64,000 bases of DNA from the NCBI GenBank assembly GCA_964016885.1, contig OZ024746.1, positions 36,580,001 through 36,644,000 of the forward strand, written 5' to 3'. Position 1 is the first letter of the stretch. Each line of letters opens with the position of its first letter. Shown one piece after another: positions 28,889 through 43,481 of this stretch. A program made the translations under genes and the position numbers. Source of the stretch: Eledone cirrhosa. Taxonomy: Eukaryota. Below the pieces are notes generated by a model. The model saw only the letters and a program-made list of their open reading frames with translations, was not told where the DNA came from and made no database searches.

Positions 28889-29157
28889 CATCTTTGGGAG
28901 GGTCATGTTGCCAATAAGAAACACACGCACCAATCGTTTCACTACAATTTACTATGAATTAAAAACATTTTGTAAACATTTTTTCCAAAAAATTAAAAAA
29001 ATTCCGGTTGGTTGGTTCCAAATCCGGGCGGTTGTTCGTATATTGTCAAAGTTTTTTCGTCACACATTATGTGACCTCTTCAGTGACTGGGGATTATTTT
29101 CTTTGTTTTGTGCCACTCCTTTGTTCTGTCTTACGCCATCTTGTTTTTGTGTGTGTT
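28885..29157 (-). mobile_element. 3' tail of the 19760-23845 PLE family
   Basis: Homologous to 23530-23805, with a hammerhead motif at 29045-29087 (CTGAAGA intact). The 3' end fuses to (TA)n at ACAATA. Confidence 0.85.
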
Positions 29158-29393
29158 TTGAGATAGAGGGTAGGTGGTTTTTCTCACATATGTGAGAAAG
29201 GCCACCTACCCTCCATCTCAATTCTACTTTTGAAAAGAAGAAGAATTGCGAAACCGGTAAAAGAACAAATAAATATATATTTAAAATAAAAATACTGTAT
29301 TTGCATTTTCGATTTCATCTTTTTTCCTTATGCTTTCAATCGTGTAGGACACCTCGTTTAATTTTCATTTTGTAAAAAGAACATCACTTTCTA

Positions 29394-29398
<5 letters not shown>
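29158..29398 (+). mobile_element. junction hairpin plus 3' tail of another family (shared with 57632-57745)
   Basis: 64-nt spacer-less palindrome at 29158-29221; GAAACCGGTA at 29250; tail TTGCATTTTCGATTTCATC..CGTGTAGGACACCTCG..CACTTTCTAATATA runs into (TA)n. Confidence 0.7.
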
Positions 29399-29448
<50 letters not shown>

Positions 29449-32400
29449 TTTTTGCCAAGTCTTGAAAATACCTGCCCTAACTAGAGAAAGGTGGGCTTTG
29501 AAGAGCGGTAGCCTCGAATGTATATGTTGAAAAAATGACTTTTTTGGAAGCCATACCAAGTGTACGGTTGAGAATGTGAGCCATGCTCGGTTGAATTGCT
29601 ACAAAATTCGTTACCTATTATGTTCTACTAGATATGCCTCGATTTTGTAGCTGCCACCACAGTGCCCACAGTCAATAACACTTTACGAGAGTTTCCCGAT
29701 CCTATTCTAAATAATACATATTTAATAATCAATTGATTCACCTCGATACTCTAAGCAACTTAGCTCCAACCACGGTCTATATACACATATTATATCGTTT
29801 CTTATAATCTCAATCCTCAAACAACGTGACAATATATTAAGCGCCCTAATACGTTTAGATCTATATACTATAATCACCCAACAGCTTGCTATACAAACAC
29901 ATATTTATCATAACCAAAGCCCATTAAAAAACGATTAACAATTATTCTACAAACTAAATGAATCTAATGTTTCATAATGTTAATATATGATTACCACGAA
30001 GACACATAAACCATCATTTCTATCAATTAATTAACAATTCACCATTAATTAATTTAACATGTATTGCTCAAACATTAGTAAATAAAATATAGTTTTATGA
30101 GTATCTCTGATATAGTAATCTATATCGTTAGAATTCAGGAATTTAGAGACAAACCAAAACGCACATCATATAACACTTTACATGGACCCTGTAAAGTGGA
30201 TATATATTTTCTTATGTCTGTGTGGTTGTCTTCGATATCAATTATTTTAGTTAGGGTGTATGTTACCGTTGCTTCCATGTTTCATAGAGAGGTTAGCACT
30301 GCTTCATTGTTCATAGACTAGTAAGTACCGCGACGTGACTTTAGCCCAATAAATGTTTTGCGAAATTAATGACGTTGTTCCCTCTTTCATTGAACTAGAC
30401 TTCACCACACAGTACTTCCCATTTTGAGTCAGTAGAGAGACAGCCAAGAGCAAAAGACTGAAATAATTGCAGTCCTTACATCTATTACTCATATCAATAT
30501 TCTTCATTTTTGTTTAATATTGCGGATGCACACCCATGCCTGTTTCCGCGTTTCAGAAATTTTCCCTGAATTATGTGCAGCCTGTTAACATTTACATAGC
30601 TATTTCAGAATTTCCCTTGTTAAAGAACAATGGTTCATCGCTACTTTCTTGTTCATCTAGCTGCATCCAACCATTTAAAAATATCTGATTCATCCTGATT
30701 GAACCAGAAATAAATTTCCGACTCATTATCATATATCATTTGTCTAAATGTATATTTTTAGACACTTTATATGTAGCTCTATCGAAGTGACCAACTAAGA
30801 TTGCACATTTACAATGTTATATGGATTACTATAAAATAATATTTTTCATCTCTCTCAGGAGAAGAGGAATAATTAAGATATGTCAGATACATCAAAGAAC
30901 TATTCTAGATATTATTCGTCAGATATATTCTACCGAAACGGGTTTTGTCTCCGAAGGCCTCACGGATGTGACATTTCACATTTAACTGCTGTATTAGTGC
31001 GTCTGTCTTTTATTTGCTGCACATATTGTTACTTTGCTCTCTTGTGATACCATTTTCTATCTCTCGAAAAATGATAAATATTTCAATATCTGCATTTTAC
31101 ATTATTCCAAACATAAATCCATGAAGCATTTGGTACTGAAGAAAGACCCGGTAAACCTATCCAGTTTGTTCCAATTCGTAAATTGCAAGGTGTCGAATAA
31201 TATGATTTCAGATGACGAATTTCTACAACTAATTTTTAAAACTAATCAGAACTCGAACTTTATATTTACCGTCGAAATGGACATACATATAACTAACGCA
31301 TATCCGGGGAATCTGTTAGCCTAGCATCATTTTCTGTTTCGGAAGGCAAAAGGACACATGTTAAAAAATGTGTGTAACATAAATTAGGATTATATCGTCT
31401 GTATTGGCAATACTTCTTTTCCGTATATAATCATATGAAAGATCGGCCCTATATTTGTCTGAATGTCATTATATTTCAAGATAAGTAGCTTCCAGACATA
31501 ACATAAGTAAAGAAAATTAATATCAGAAAATATATTTATTTAAAAGAAATTTCTAAATAATTCGATGTTAACAACAACACATAAGCCTAAGTATGCTCCC
31601 TAGTTTAAAATACTGTTTAAGTTCTACTTCCACTCATAGGCACATCATCATCATTTAAATATGTTCCTGCAGAATCAATTCTAACGTTACTTTATATACA
31701 GTGATGATTATCACATAGAACAATATTATACATTTTGATCCCAGCATTTTCAATACCATTTATATCAATGCTATTTGTATCAGCATAATACAGATTTCGT
31801 AATAATGGCTGTTCATAGATATACATCGTAAGCAAATTCCGTACGTGATATACACATATAAAAGAATAAACTGTATTATTGTAAATTGACATCACATATT
31901 CTATATGATAATTCAAATATAAACACAAAAGAACTGGAAATTTAAATGAATAATATATATCGATGAAGGAATATTAATGTGGGTAAAAGGATAAGTACAA
32001 CATAAATTTCTTGCGAAGCGAATGTACGAACGAACATCAATTCTCATGAAAAGTAAGAAAATAAAATAAATATTTTGGAATACTTCTATATAACTCTTGG
32101 GCACGGCATGCAAATGTCTTAAGACAAATTGTTTAAAATCTGCCCTTTAGAGGAAACATATGCATCTACCAGAATCTGATTCATACTAATCAAATATAAT
32201 TATTTCAACTGTCATATTTTTAGTAACCTTAATGTTGTTTCACTTCTTAAGCTCTGAGTATGTACGGTATGGATCCGAAAGCTGTCATAGTCGATTTCCT
32301 CTCCAGGTATGAATACAGCAGGTTTCTTCCAGAGAAGCACAGAGATTGAGTGCTGTCAATAAAATATACAGATATATTTACCCTTGATAATAGAAAGCTT

Positions 32401-33419
32401 GTAAGAAACATTTTGCATTTTAACAACTAACTCCTTAACCATGGGATGGGTGTAAAATCACTGAATCTTTTTTGGAAGCACCAGAGCTTAAAACATGAAT
32501 TCAGATGAAACAATGAGTGACTCCACAACACACAAAGTATACATTGTGTTTATACTCATCAGGACTTCTAGCTTTCGATACAATTTTATTTTCGTTAGTT
32601 GCAGAGTAAAATATTCTAATTACATATATAAATCCAAATTCAAACAACGTCTGATAGATGATTACATGATTTGATTTTATAGGATATTTCTTAATTTCAT
32701 AATGTTAAAATCATTACGGATCAGGAGGGAGGATATACAATGAAGACCTACCTACGTCAAAACTATAGATCCAAAATGAATTCCTGTGCAATTGACAAGT
32801 ACTTCTGTAATAAAACTGATAGTATTAATTTCTATGATTCTAACGATAAAAACGTAAAATATCGATACTATTATATGAGATTCAGAGATAAGAAAGAATA
32901 TACCGTCCTCCAACATATCGTTGCGATCATGACATTTGTATTTCAAATCCAAATATGAATTTTACATTCTTGAACATGTAGGAAAATTCAAGTATCATTA
33001 TTGTAGTATGTAAATATTACATTTTAATGCATAGTGATATTCATCAAAGTAATATTTTGCTCACAATGAGAGCCATGCTCGCTGCAATCCTCACGTTTGC
33101 AACACTTAGAAAATATATCTGGTCAACAAACTTATCAAATATAAAAATAGCCAATGCATATATATATATATATATATTTATTCATATATTTGTCAGTCAC
33201 CCATTGAAGGGAGAAATGTGGTGGTGATAAATTATAGAAACCAATGACCCAAGTTCTAAAATTCGTTACATGTGTAGCGAATTGGTTACACATATTCGTT
33301 ACTATTAGTGTGATAGTGTCTGTGTCAGAGTTTGTGTGTATATATGTGTGTTTCTATAAATATATTTATCACCTTGACCGAACAGTCTGTCGGGCGTCCA
33401 TCCGGCGCCGCTGGTCACA

Positions 33420-33635
33420 GCACGTCATGCTGTTTTAGCCATAAGATAACGCCATTCTACTGGCTGGGCAGGCAGGCCGGTACCTCTTTATCTCATTTCT
33501 ACAGTTCAGTAATCTGGAGCAACGTGAAATAAAGTGTCTTGCTCAAGGAAACAACACATCACCCGGTCCAAGAATTGAACTCACAACCTTTCGATTGCAA
33601 GCCCAATGATCTAACCACTAAACCATGCGCCTTCA
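33420..33635 (-). mobile_element. tRNA-derived SINE (second family, V/CORE-like centre)
   Basis: Minus strand shows an A box (GGCGCATGGTTTAGTGGTTAG), a B box (GAGTTCAATTC) and TTCCTTGAGCAAGACACTTTATTTCACGTTGCTCC. Confidence 0.8.
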
Positions 33636-36302
33636 CAAATATATTTATATGTGTGAATATGTGTGTATGAGTATATATGTGTTTGTGTGAATATATTTAT
33701 ATTTGTGTGAATGTACGTGTGCTTGTGAATATATTTATATTTGTGTGAGTGTATTGTGTCTCTGTGACTGTATTTATACTTGTATGGGTGTATATATGTG
33801 AGTGTATACTTGTGTGTGTTTATATTACTTGTGTGAGTGTATGTATATGAGTAAATGTATGTTTATATATCACTTCTCTGAGTGTATGTGTGTGTGTGCT
33901 TATATCATTTGAGTGAGTGTATGTCTGTTTGTGTGTATATACTTATACTTGTGTGAGAATATGTTTGTTTGTATCCATTGTATTAGTGTATGTGTGACGA
34001 GTGGCTATATTTAGTCTTGCGGTGTCTCTATGTGTTTTTATTTGTTCATATTTATATACTCATACATATCAATGTATACATATGTAAACTAAGATATTAT
34101 CGTATTTATCTATGTTAGGTGTTGATTGTTTATCCACAAAGAATTTTGTAATAAAGAAATATTAAACTAAAACCTTAGTATTCTACCCATTTGATATCTA
34201 AAATATTAACATTAGCCGTCAGTTTGGAGGGCACGGTGTCAACTAGTGAAAGTTATATTGCTGATGTTTACTGTTTCCCTATTATTAACTCACTCCTTCT
34301 TTGCGTTACGTCATGCTTCTGAAATTGTAATCAATATCCTGCAATATACATATTACCGTGTATACAAATAATGTATAGTCTATGATACTTTACAGATAGG
34401 TGTTATAAAGAAAACATTGTCATTACAAACATGAATCTCTCGTTGGAACTAAATTTTGTTTTTGAAAATCCAGAACATGTACAGTAGCGGGGAAAAGGCC
34501 ATTTATATTTATTTATAAATACTTATATTCTGGCATGTAAGTCAACGTTACATTCAATACGTAATGATAACACAATGCTCTAGGGCTCTGCTTCAAAACA
34601 GTTATTAACGTGAGATTATACAGGGACAAATGTGACAATGACGGTGACTCACAAGAGCTGTTACCTTTTCATATACCATGGTTTGTGGCATACGTTCTGG
34701 ATACCTGCACACCACTTCAAGGATCAATTTTGCAATTCAACCTTTCACAGTGGATAATTATCGTCCAGGACAGAAATCATCTCTATTTTCTTTCAATTCC
34801 TTTATATCAATCCTTTTTCTCCGGAGAAAGTCGGGCTTGTTAAAGTGAGAGATTCCACCTGGTTTGAATAATACTCAAGAAACGTTACGCGCCACAAAAA
34901 AAATAAATGTGAAAACAGGAATAATCAAATTAATTATTGCCTGTTTCTCTGTTATAATCCCAATGAACTCGTTTAATCATTTTCCAAATTTCCCTGTGTT
35001 ATTATGCATATGCTCAAATATGAAACAGAAAATTAATGATATTTTTTCTATCCCAAAAATCGATGTTGACACTATTCTCCTGCATATCATCGAATTATTT
35101 TAAAGCGGCTTTATTTACAACGATCAGTAATGTTTTTGGTGGAGTTACATAAGCCAAGCTAGAAAGATGCATATGTTTAAACACATGTTGCATTTTTCAA
35201 TTACATTATATATAGCATGAAGTTGAATATCATAAGTACCAAGGAGCTAATCATTTAGTCACTGCTTCTTCGACGGCTCAAGTAAAACTTTCGTTTATAT
35301 AAATGTAAAGCAACATGCCATAGGATTTTATTCGGAAGCACGAACATTGTCTTCAGGTTTAGGGGCCTGTTTAAACAGGTGAGTCATAGAGTCATATATA
35401 AATCAAAGGAGCATATACAGATACACACATACACATAAACAAACAATCACACGGACACACACATGCACAAGTAAACGCACGCGCATATAGAACAACCACA
35501 AGAAAACAATGTATATGAGTGTGTGCGTGTGTGTGCGTGTGTGGTTGTTAGTGTGCATGTGTGTATATGTGTGTGTGTGTATGTGTGTGTGTAGAATCAC
35601 GAATTACATACTATAGTATAGTCATATACATATTATTACAGAAATGATTTTTATACGACTAGTGCTGTTTCATTCGTAATAACACAGCAGGGAAAGATAT
35701 TCCTGCTGATTTCTTTCGAATGAACCAGCTCCATAGAAGTAATTTCTATATTATAATATAGCCATCCCTGCTGTGTGTATGTATATGTGTCTGCATACGT
35801 GTGTATGTACGTATGTATGTGTGTGTGTGTATGTGTATCTACATGTGTATGCGTGTGTATGTAGTTGAATCCCCTGATTTAGTAGTGGGCATTGTTCTTA
35901 GCCTCATTCAATGCTGTCGACCTCAAACCATATTGTTCACAAAGACATTTCTTAACACCATGAGGATATCCAATTCAGACTTAAAATAACAGTAACCAGA
36001 CTGACAACAGTTCGGCGAAGTGTTCTCTAAACACCCAACCATCATCCTGCAAACAATAAAATCAACAGTCGATTTCTTTTTCATAACAGAAGCTATAAGT
36101 CATCGTTGTTTCAGATATTCCTTCAATTCACCCTCTATCCGTTATCTTTATTCTCAAGATTCAACATTATTTGTATGAAATCCGAGGCGTTTAGCAAATA
36201 TTTCATCCAATCATTAAACATCACATCGATCATTTTTCATTTGCTGCGGGGTTGTGAGGAAGTTTTTGGACGTAGTATGTTTTGACAATACACATTTAAC
36301 AT

Positions 36303-36430
<128 letters not shown>

Positions 36431-36460
36431 TCATATATATATATATACATATTTCTATAT

Positions 36461-36557
<97 letters not shown>

Positions 36558-37259
36558 CATATGTCTGTCGTTTCTGTGAGATACTAGTGTGTACGTATAT
36601 CTATAATTCTTGATTTCGTATTATAAGACACGTTTGAGACCACTAAGACATCTATTTTGTTAAGAATATCGATTTTTCCAAGTATTTATTAGCATCATGC
36701 CAGCATATTTGCCTCCATGCAGTTTTATTTAATGGCTTTAGAGTTGATCGTAAAGAGAATAGAAAATTGGACAGAAAGAAAGAGTTTAACGAATAAAGAA
36801 ATTAAGAAAGAAAGAAAATATTATATGCAAATCATTGAAACAAAGAATAAACATAGAAATGATGGAAAGATTGAAGGGGAAAAGTATGGAAGGTAGTGGC
36901 GTAGGTTAAAAGTAATGAAGAAAGGGAGGATGACTACGAAATTATATGAAAGCAATCCTGAAAAAAAAAAATGATATGGTAATTTTTTAATGAAAATATA
37001 GCAAAGATTGCTGTTGGAACAAAAATGATTTTGAAAACAAATGATCAAAACATTAACTAGGATGAAGAAAACAAAATTGAATCGCCTCAGCCACCACTCA
37101 CTTGTGCCTTCAGTGAACGTTAAAGAATCAACAAGCAAGAGTAAAAAAAAGCATATTAAATAAAATAGAGTGAAAATATACACAACATAAGAAAAATGAA
37201 GGAAAAATATTTATGAACATGCATACATACACACAAACACACACACACACACATATAAA

Positions 37260-37303
<44 letters not shown>

Positions 37304-38553
37304 TGTGTGTGCCTAGGTGTAAGTGTGTGTTTTTGTATGTCTTTGTGTGTGATATGGGAGGATATAGAAAAAAGTAAAATAGTGAATGGATATTATAGAT
37401 TATTCAAAGTAAACAGAAAAAAGAACGGAAGCCTAGATAGGTGAAAAGGACGATGTAGAAAATAAAACAAAAAATTGACAAAGTGAATAAAGAAGATTAA
37501 ATGGGGGTTCGTAATGTAAAGGCGAATATAATTAACAACAAAAATATATAGTAGAGAAGTAATTAAAAAGATGTATTTATGTAACGAAAACATGCAAAAT
37601 AAAGAGTGAAGTTGTATGTGACAGTATTGACTGAGGAAGAGAAAGTAGCGAGTGAGGAAAAGAGAAATGAAATAAAAAAGAAACAAGATTATTTTCACAA
37701 GTAAACATATATAGGGAGACAAGCGTGGAGTAAATTTAATGTCAGAGAGACATAGGTTTATAGCCATAAATATAGAGGCTTAAAGTTAGAAGGTATAAAG
37801 TTTTCGATTGATTGTGTATAGTTCATGAGTTCAAATGTGTTACAGGTGTTTGTTTAAGATTCCTGGGGGCACAGCATCAATGACGTCAATTATACATTAA
37901 CATAGACTGGCGTATGATATAAAATATAATGTGAGTCTACACGTACATAGATTTCTTTTGGAAATAATCTATTTGTTAGAATTATATTCCTGGATTATGA
38001 GAAAATGTGGTTTTATATTAATACGAGGAAAGCTATCAATACACGTGAAGATTAGAAAAATGATAATCATTACAAATACCACAATTAATACCACAATTAT
38101 TATGTTGTAAGATGTTGCATTTAAAAAAGGTTTTCGTATAACTAAATATAAATAACATTACTTTGCGGTATATATAATCATGTATAAATATTTATCGATT
38201 AACGTTTATGCAAGTTTTACATTATATATACACATAAAATATGCTGCGATATACAATCTTAATTTAATCGAATTCTCTGTTTGAATATTAACAAAGCAGA
38301 AATCAACCTAGGGGAATTGGAAGACAAAATATGTGACTTCCACCAGGCTGAAGACAATATTGAATGTAACATTGCGTATTCGGAGAAAGGACAAATTGAT
38401 CATTCAAACGGGTTTGAGAACCATTGGAGGGGGGCTGTCATGACATTATTAGGCACGACATAACTGATGATAGCGAAGTAGCCCTTTGATAAAGTTAGAG
38501 CTAGCGGATGGACGGCGCGTTAGAGAAGAGACCTCAACATGTTTTGTATTTAG

Positions 38554-38605
38554 ATATTCATTTTAGTTAGCATTGGTTATGACGTGTTCGATTACAACAC
38601 GGACG
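38554..38605 (+). other. candidate small exon
   Basis: TTTTGTATTTAG acceptor, 52 nt (IFILVSIGYDVFDYNTD), then GTAAGT donor at 38606, in non-repetitive-looking sequence. No homology recognised. Confidence 0.2.
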
Positions 38606-40254
38606 GTAAGTACGTTTGTATGTTGAATTGATTGCGTATTTATTATATATATATATGTATTTATTCTTCTATATCTCTATATTGTTTTGTAATAAACTCT
38701 AGATATACATTGTTATTAACTAAACTTGTTTCATTAAATTAAGTAAGGCCTACTACTCAACAACAGACATACAAAGAACAAGTATATTACACATAAATGA
38801 ATTGGATGCAGTAACTACAATATGTACATCATCAAGAATATACAAACAGTAATATACACCACGTAACAAAACAATCTGAGTATCAAATTAATTGACTGCA
38901 GAAGTATGTGACATGAAAGGAAATAAAAATATAATACAATATTAATCATGAGAGTTATATGAAATCGAATGCACATAACCACATAATGTTACTAAAAAAG
39001 AATTCGTAACATAACTAAGAAAATATTTCCTGAATACAGGGAGATGTATAATATGTAATGCCCAACGATATGTAATGCCAAAAAATAATATATATTTCGC
39101 GCGTCAAACTACTGATTATTTCGTACGTACATACGAATTAAAATTCTCACATTTAAGTTTACACCTAGGGAAAAGATAGCCATCTAAATAGTAGCGATGT
39201 TACTAGTATGAACTCAACACATTGATAATAACACGGAACAACTTTTGTATACCGTAGATTTAATACACGTTAGACGGTGTCGTAATATGTGACAGTTTGA
39301 TTTCTGTTGAAATATTTGTTTTTATTAGACGACTGTGAATGGTGTCCCCCAAAATATGCGCTTGTCTACATGGCAATAAATGCATTGCTTATTGGGTTAG
39401 AAACAAACTTATGGTTCAATATGATACCAAATTTGGGATACCGTGTTTGTGTATCAGGCTTTTGTACTTTACGTCTGCCAAATCCAACTCACAATTCACG
39501 ACAGATTCAAGTATGATTAGATATTTGAAAAACCGTTATGAAATTAAATACGGAAATATTATCTGATTTTCATAATTTTCTTTGTATAATATATCATGTA
39601 AATGCAGTGTACTAGAAAAAGAAAAAAAAGAAAATTTAGGTTGAGAAGAATGGAATGTAAAATAGGAAAATATAAAGAAATAAAGGAAAAAGAGATACAA
39701 CGAATAAGCGAGAAATTTGGGGAAAGTTGGGGGAGGATTATTGGTCTCTGAGTCTAGGGCGCGGCGCCAAAAGGGATGCGCCCCACGGATGTCACTCCAG
39801 AAGCATTAATTATTGATATTTAGGTACCAAACATTTAGTTCATATGTAGTTTATTACATATATCATGTATTGTTAAGGCTGTTATTCTATTTTTCACAAT
39901 GTATCGTGTATAATTGTGGTAGTTACACATATAGCAGCCTTCTAACAGCTCAATGTAAATTTCATTTCATATAGAATACTCTCATTTTAAAATTGATCTA
40001 ATTTTAGATATAAGCGAATCAGATTCATTCTTCTCTGTGATTGTCAAAGATACTTTTAATGAAAATAGAAAATTTCAAAAATTAAATTAATAATTAAACA
40101 GTAGAATAGTAATATATTTTGAATTGCAGTAAATCTAACTTCAACATGATTTGAATTCAGAAAGTAAAGGGACATAATTCTATGCCACTAAGCATGTTCT
40201 ACAAGGCTCTACGGAGGCTTCTAATCCACCGTCCTAATAATTATCATCATAATT

Positions 40255-40475
40255 ATTATTTCTACTATAGGCACAAGGCCAGTAATTTTAGAGTAGGAGA
40301 AATCGAAATCGATTGAATCGACCGAGTGCATTACCTGTACTTTATTTTATCAGGGTCATAAGTATGAAAGACAAAGCGGACCTTTTCGGGATCTGAACTC
40401 AGAACATAAAGGGAAATAACTATATGCGACTAAGCATGTTCGCTGATGCTCTACTGATTTTGCTATCCAACGCCC
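40255..40475 (-). mobile_element. tRNA-derived SINE (Meta-domain-like)
   Basis: TTTCTACTATAGGCACAAGGCCAG...GTACTTTATTTTATC...GAACTCAGAAC; a head fragment of another copy lies at ~40145-40235. Confidence 0.75.
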
Positions 40476-40639
40476 TAACAATTATCATAATAATAATTAT
40501 ACTATCCCTACAAAGTATTAAGACTACGTTAGTATTATCCTTATTATTGCTGTAGCTATTGTTAGCATTCGTACTCTCACAATATCATTTCAATACACTT
40601 GTAATAAGTTGCTTTCTATGGTGATCTCGTTGTCTTTCA

Positions 40640-40827
40640 TGTACATCAACATAATCGTCATCTTCATCGTCATCATCATCATCATCATCATCATCATCTT
40701 AATCATCCTCATCACCATCATCCTCACCATCCTCATCATCATCAACATCATGATCATCATCATCATCGTTATCATCATAATTATCATCATTTTCTTCATC
40801 GTCATCTTCGTCGTCACGATCGATGAC

Positions 40828-40872
<45 letters not shown>

Positions 40873-40880
40873 TATTATTA
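40640..40880. repeat. (CAT)n microsatellite
   Basis: Directly visible. Confidence 0.95.
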
Positions 40881-41898
40881 TTAATGTTATAACAATCTTC
40901 TTTTTAACAATCCTGATCATGTATTTCATAAATATCATTATTTTCTGATTCTATTGTCTGCAACAGTCCAAAGCTTCTTTGAGAATATTCCACAATAACC
41001 ACGCCTTAAATAACATGTTATGCATGTTTATATTTAGTTTTCTTTTATTTAAATCCATCACTCTTTCCTCGCCTCTCTCTCACTCACTTTCATACACACA
41101 CACACACATCCTTTCCCTCTTTCTCTCTATCTCTCTCTCTCCCCCACCTCTCTCTGTCTCTATTTCTCTCTCTCTGTATGTCCCTCTCTCTCTCTCTCTC
41201 CCTCTCTATATCTCTCTATATCTCTATCTCTCTTTCTCACGCTCGTCAAATAATTTTTATTTGGGAAAAAGCAATATGATATTGTTCTCTTCTAACAATA
41301 CATGTAGTTACAGTATTTGTTAAAATCATTTTTCAATGCATTTTCCAAATGTATTAACACTGGTCATTGTGTTAAAAGGAAAGATGAAATAGATTAAGAT
41401 ATTCATAGAAAATTTGAAATGTAAATTAACAATTTTAATTCGCTACGATTACAATCAGTTTAACAGATGAAACCATAAAACCACTATAAACATGAGAGTA
41501 CGGCTGTATACTTTTTTTCGTCTGAATTAAGGGATGTGTCTATCTAGAAGTTTGTGTGGATATGGAAGTGAAATTCTCTCTGCTTTTGGTCTTAAAGTAT
41601 TACATTTTTCGGGAGCAGTTTTGGTAGTAGCATTGCGCATGCAACCCACAAAATATTGCCGATTTGTCGATCCATTACAACATATATCAGCTCCTAACTT
41701 AGTATATGTTGGAACTGGGATGCATCATTGTTTCTTTACAATTAAAGGCTTCTATAGTAGATGTATTTTGGTCACTCATGTATTTCTTTTAGAGTCCATA
41801 TTATCTAGTCAATCTAAATATATATAAATATATATGGAATCCATCTGAGGGAAATCCCAAGCAGACACTGTGAGAGATTAAGGTCGAATAATGTCTTC

Positions 41899-42041
<143 letters not shown>

Positions 42042-42503
42042 CAGACAAATATTGCATCAATTTTACACTTGCTGAATTTATCTGCCAAGAACTGGGGTTA
42101 TCTCCCTTGCAAAGCTATACACTTGATATTTCACTACTACATACTACTGCAATAATCCCGCATGCTGGTGTAGAACAAAATACCTGTTGAGGAAGTGATA
42201 GCCTTGTTCGATCAATATATCATAATCTTATTAAAGCAGGCATTATAATTGATTTAGGAGTCGCATAAATCCATTACTGGATTATACCATCATTTCTATT
42301 TTTCGTTTGATATGTTTGACTTTCTTCGTCTTTTTGGCTTAGGTGGTTCACGGCTTCTTGACCACCATCTCAGTTTGTTTGGCTTTTATAACCTATGTGT
42401 ATTGCTCTGGTCTTTATTTAGTCCATGGAGCGCTTGCCAGCATAACTCGGATATTCCGTTTCGCTTTGTTTTCGATCCCTGCCGAAATTCGATCTCGCTG
42501 AAA

Positions 42504-42560
<57 letters not shown>

Positions 42561-42769
42561 TGTAATAAAAAACATAGGATAATTATTTCAATTACCAGTG
42601 GTTTCTTGAAAGCAGATATATCTGTTTTCAGTAGTCAGAATGAATAAAACATGGTGTTTTTATTAAGTATGTATTTGAAAACAAAATATAAGAAATGTGA
42701 AAGTGAGGCTGAGGAAACAACGGGCAAAGAAGAAGAATGGAAAAAAAGAATATATATATTTATACCATA

Positions 42770-42880
42770 AACGTTGTTTTGCCTTTGCGTGTAATTGTTT
42801 TTACGCTCCAAATAATGACGTATTATCTTCGTTTTTTTTCGTTCATTGCCAAGGAACGTCTCCACGAACCAAAGTTATCG
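42770..42880 (+). repeat. copy of the repeat forming the 45447-45985 fold-back
   Basis: CTTTGCGTGTAATTGTT..CCAAATAATGACGTATTATCTTCGTTTTT..GGAACGTCTCCACGAACC. Confidence 0.75.
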
Positions 42881-42972
42881 TCAGCAACGTATACCTTACT
42901 GGTTGAACGTCTGAAAGTATATACTTTCAGACGTTCAACCATCTGGCAGGAAGGTATAAGTTGCTGACGATA
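42873..42972. repeat. palindrome with a perfect 42-bp spacer-less core (42900-42941)
   Basis: TGGTTGAACGTCTGAAAGTAT|ATACTTTCAGACGTTCAACCA, extended by TATCGTCAGCAAC / GTTGCTGACGATA. Confidence 0.92.
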
Positions 42973-42998
42973 GCTAATAAGCTTGAAACTAGTACAGC
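42960..42998 (+). ncRNA. minimal type I hammerhead ribozyme
   Basis: GTTG-CTGACGA-t-AGCT-aata-AGCT-t-GAAAC-TA-GTA-CAGC. Stem I GTTG/CAGC, palindromic stem III ACTAGT, GUA triplet. Confidence 0.8.
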
Positions 42999-43387
42999 GT
43001 TCCTTTGTCACTGTTGAACAAATGAGCAACGATGGTTGCTAGACACTGTACGGCTTAATTGGGGACGTTTGTTTACAAACACACCGGGCATTATAATAAA
43101 TGTTCGGTGAATCCATACGTACATATATATATATATATGTGTACATGTATGTATATATATATATATATACATATTACTGTACGTCTGTATATATATATGT
43201 ATGCACGTATACATACTTATATTTAAGTAACAGCCGTACTAAGAGTGAGAAATTAAATTTCGTTTCATTTTTTCCATTCTTTCCAGCCGTCGGGGTCCTG
43301 CTTGTTCCTATTACTCATTCTACTGCCCTAAATATTGTGTATTTTGGTGCGTTATGGTACATCTGGTTCCTTACAACATTTCCTTCG

Positions 43388-43476
<89 letters not shown>

Positions 43477-43481
<5 letters not shown>

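Noticed and set aside
30304-30507. Signal-peptide-like minus-strand ORF
   Set aside because: Short, no homology recognised and no clear donor site.
33560-33635. tRNA gene
   Set aside because: The A/B boxes continue into a SINE body and there is no convincing cloverleaf.
40590-40938. Poly-His/Met/Asp protein
   Set aside because: (CAT)n microsatellite.
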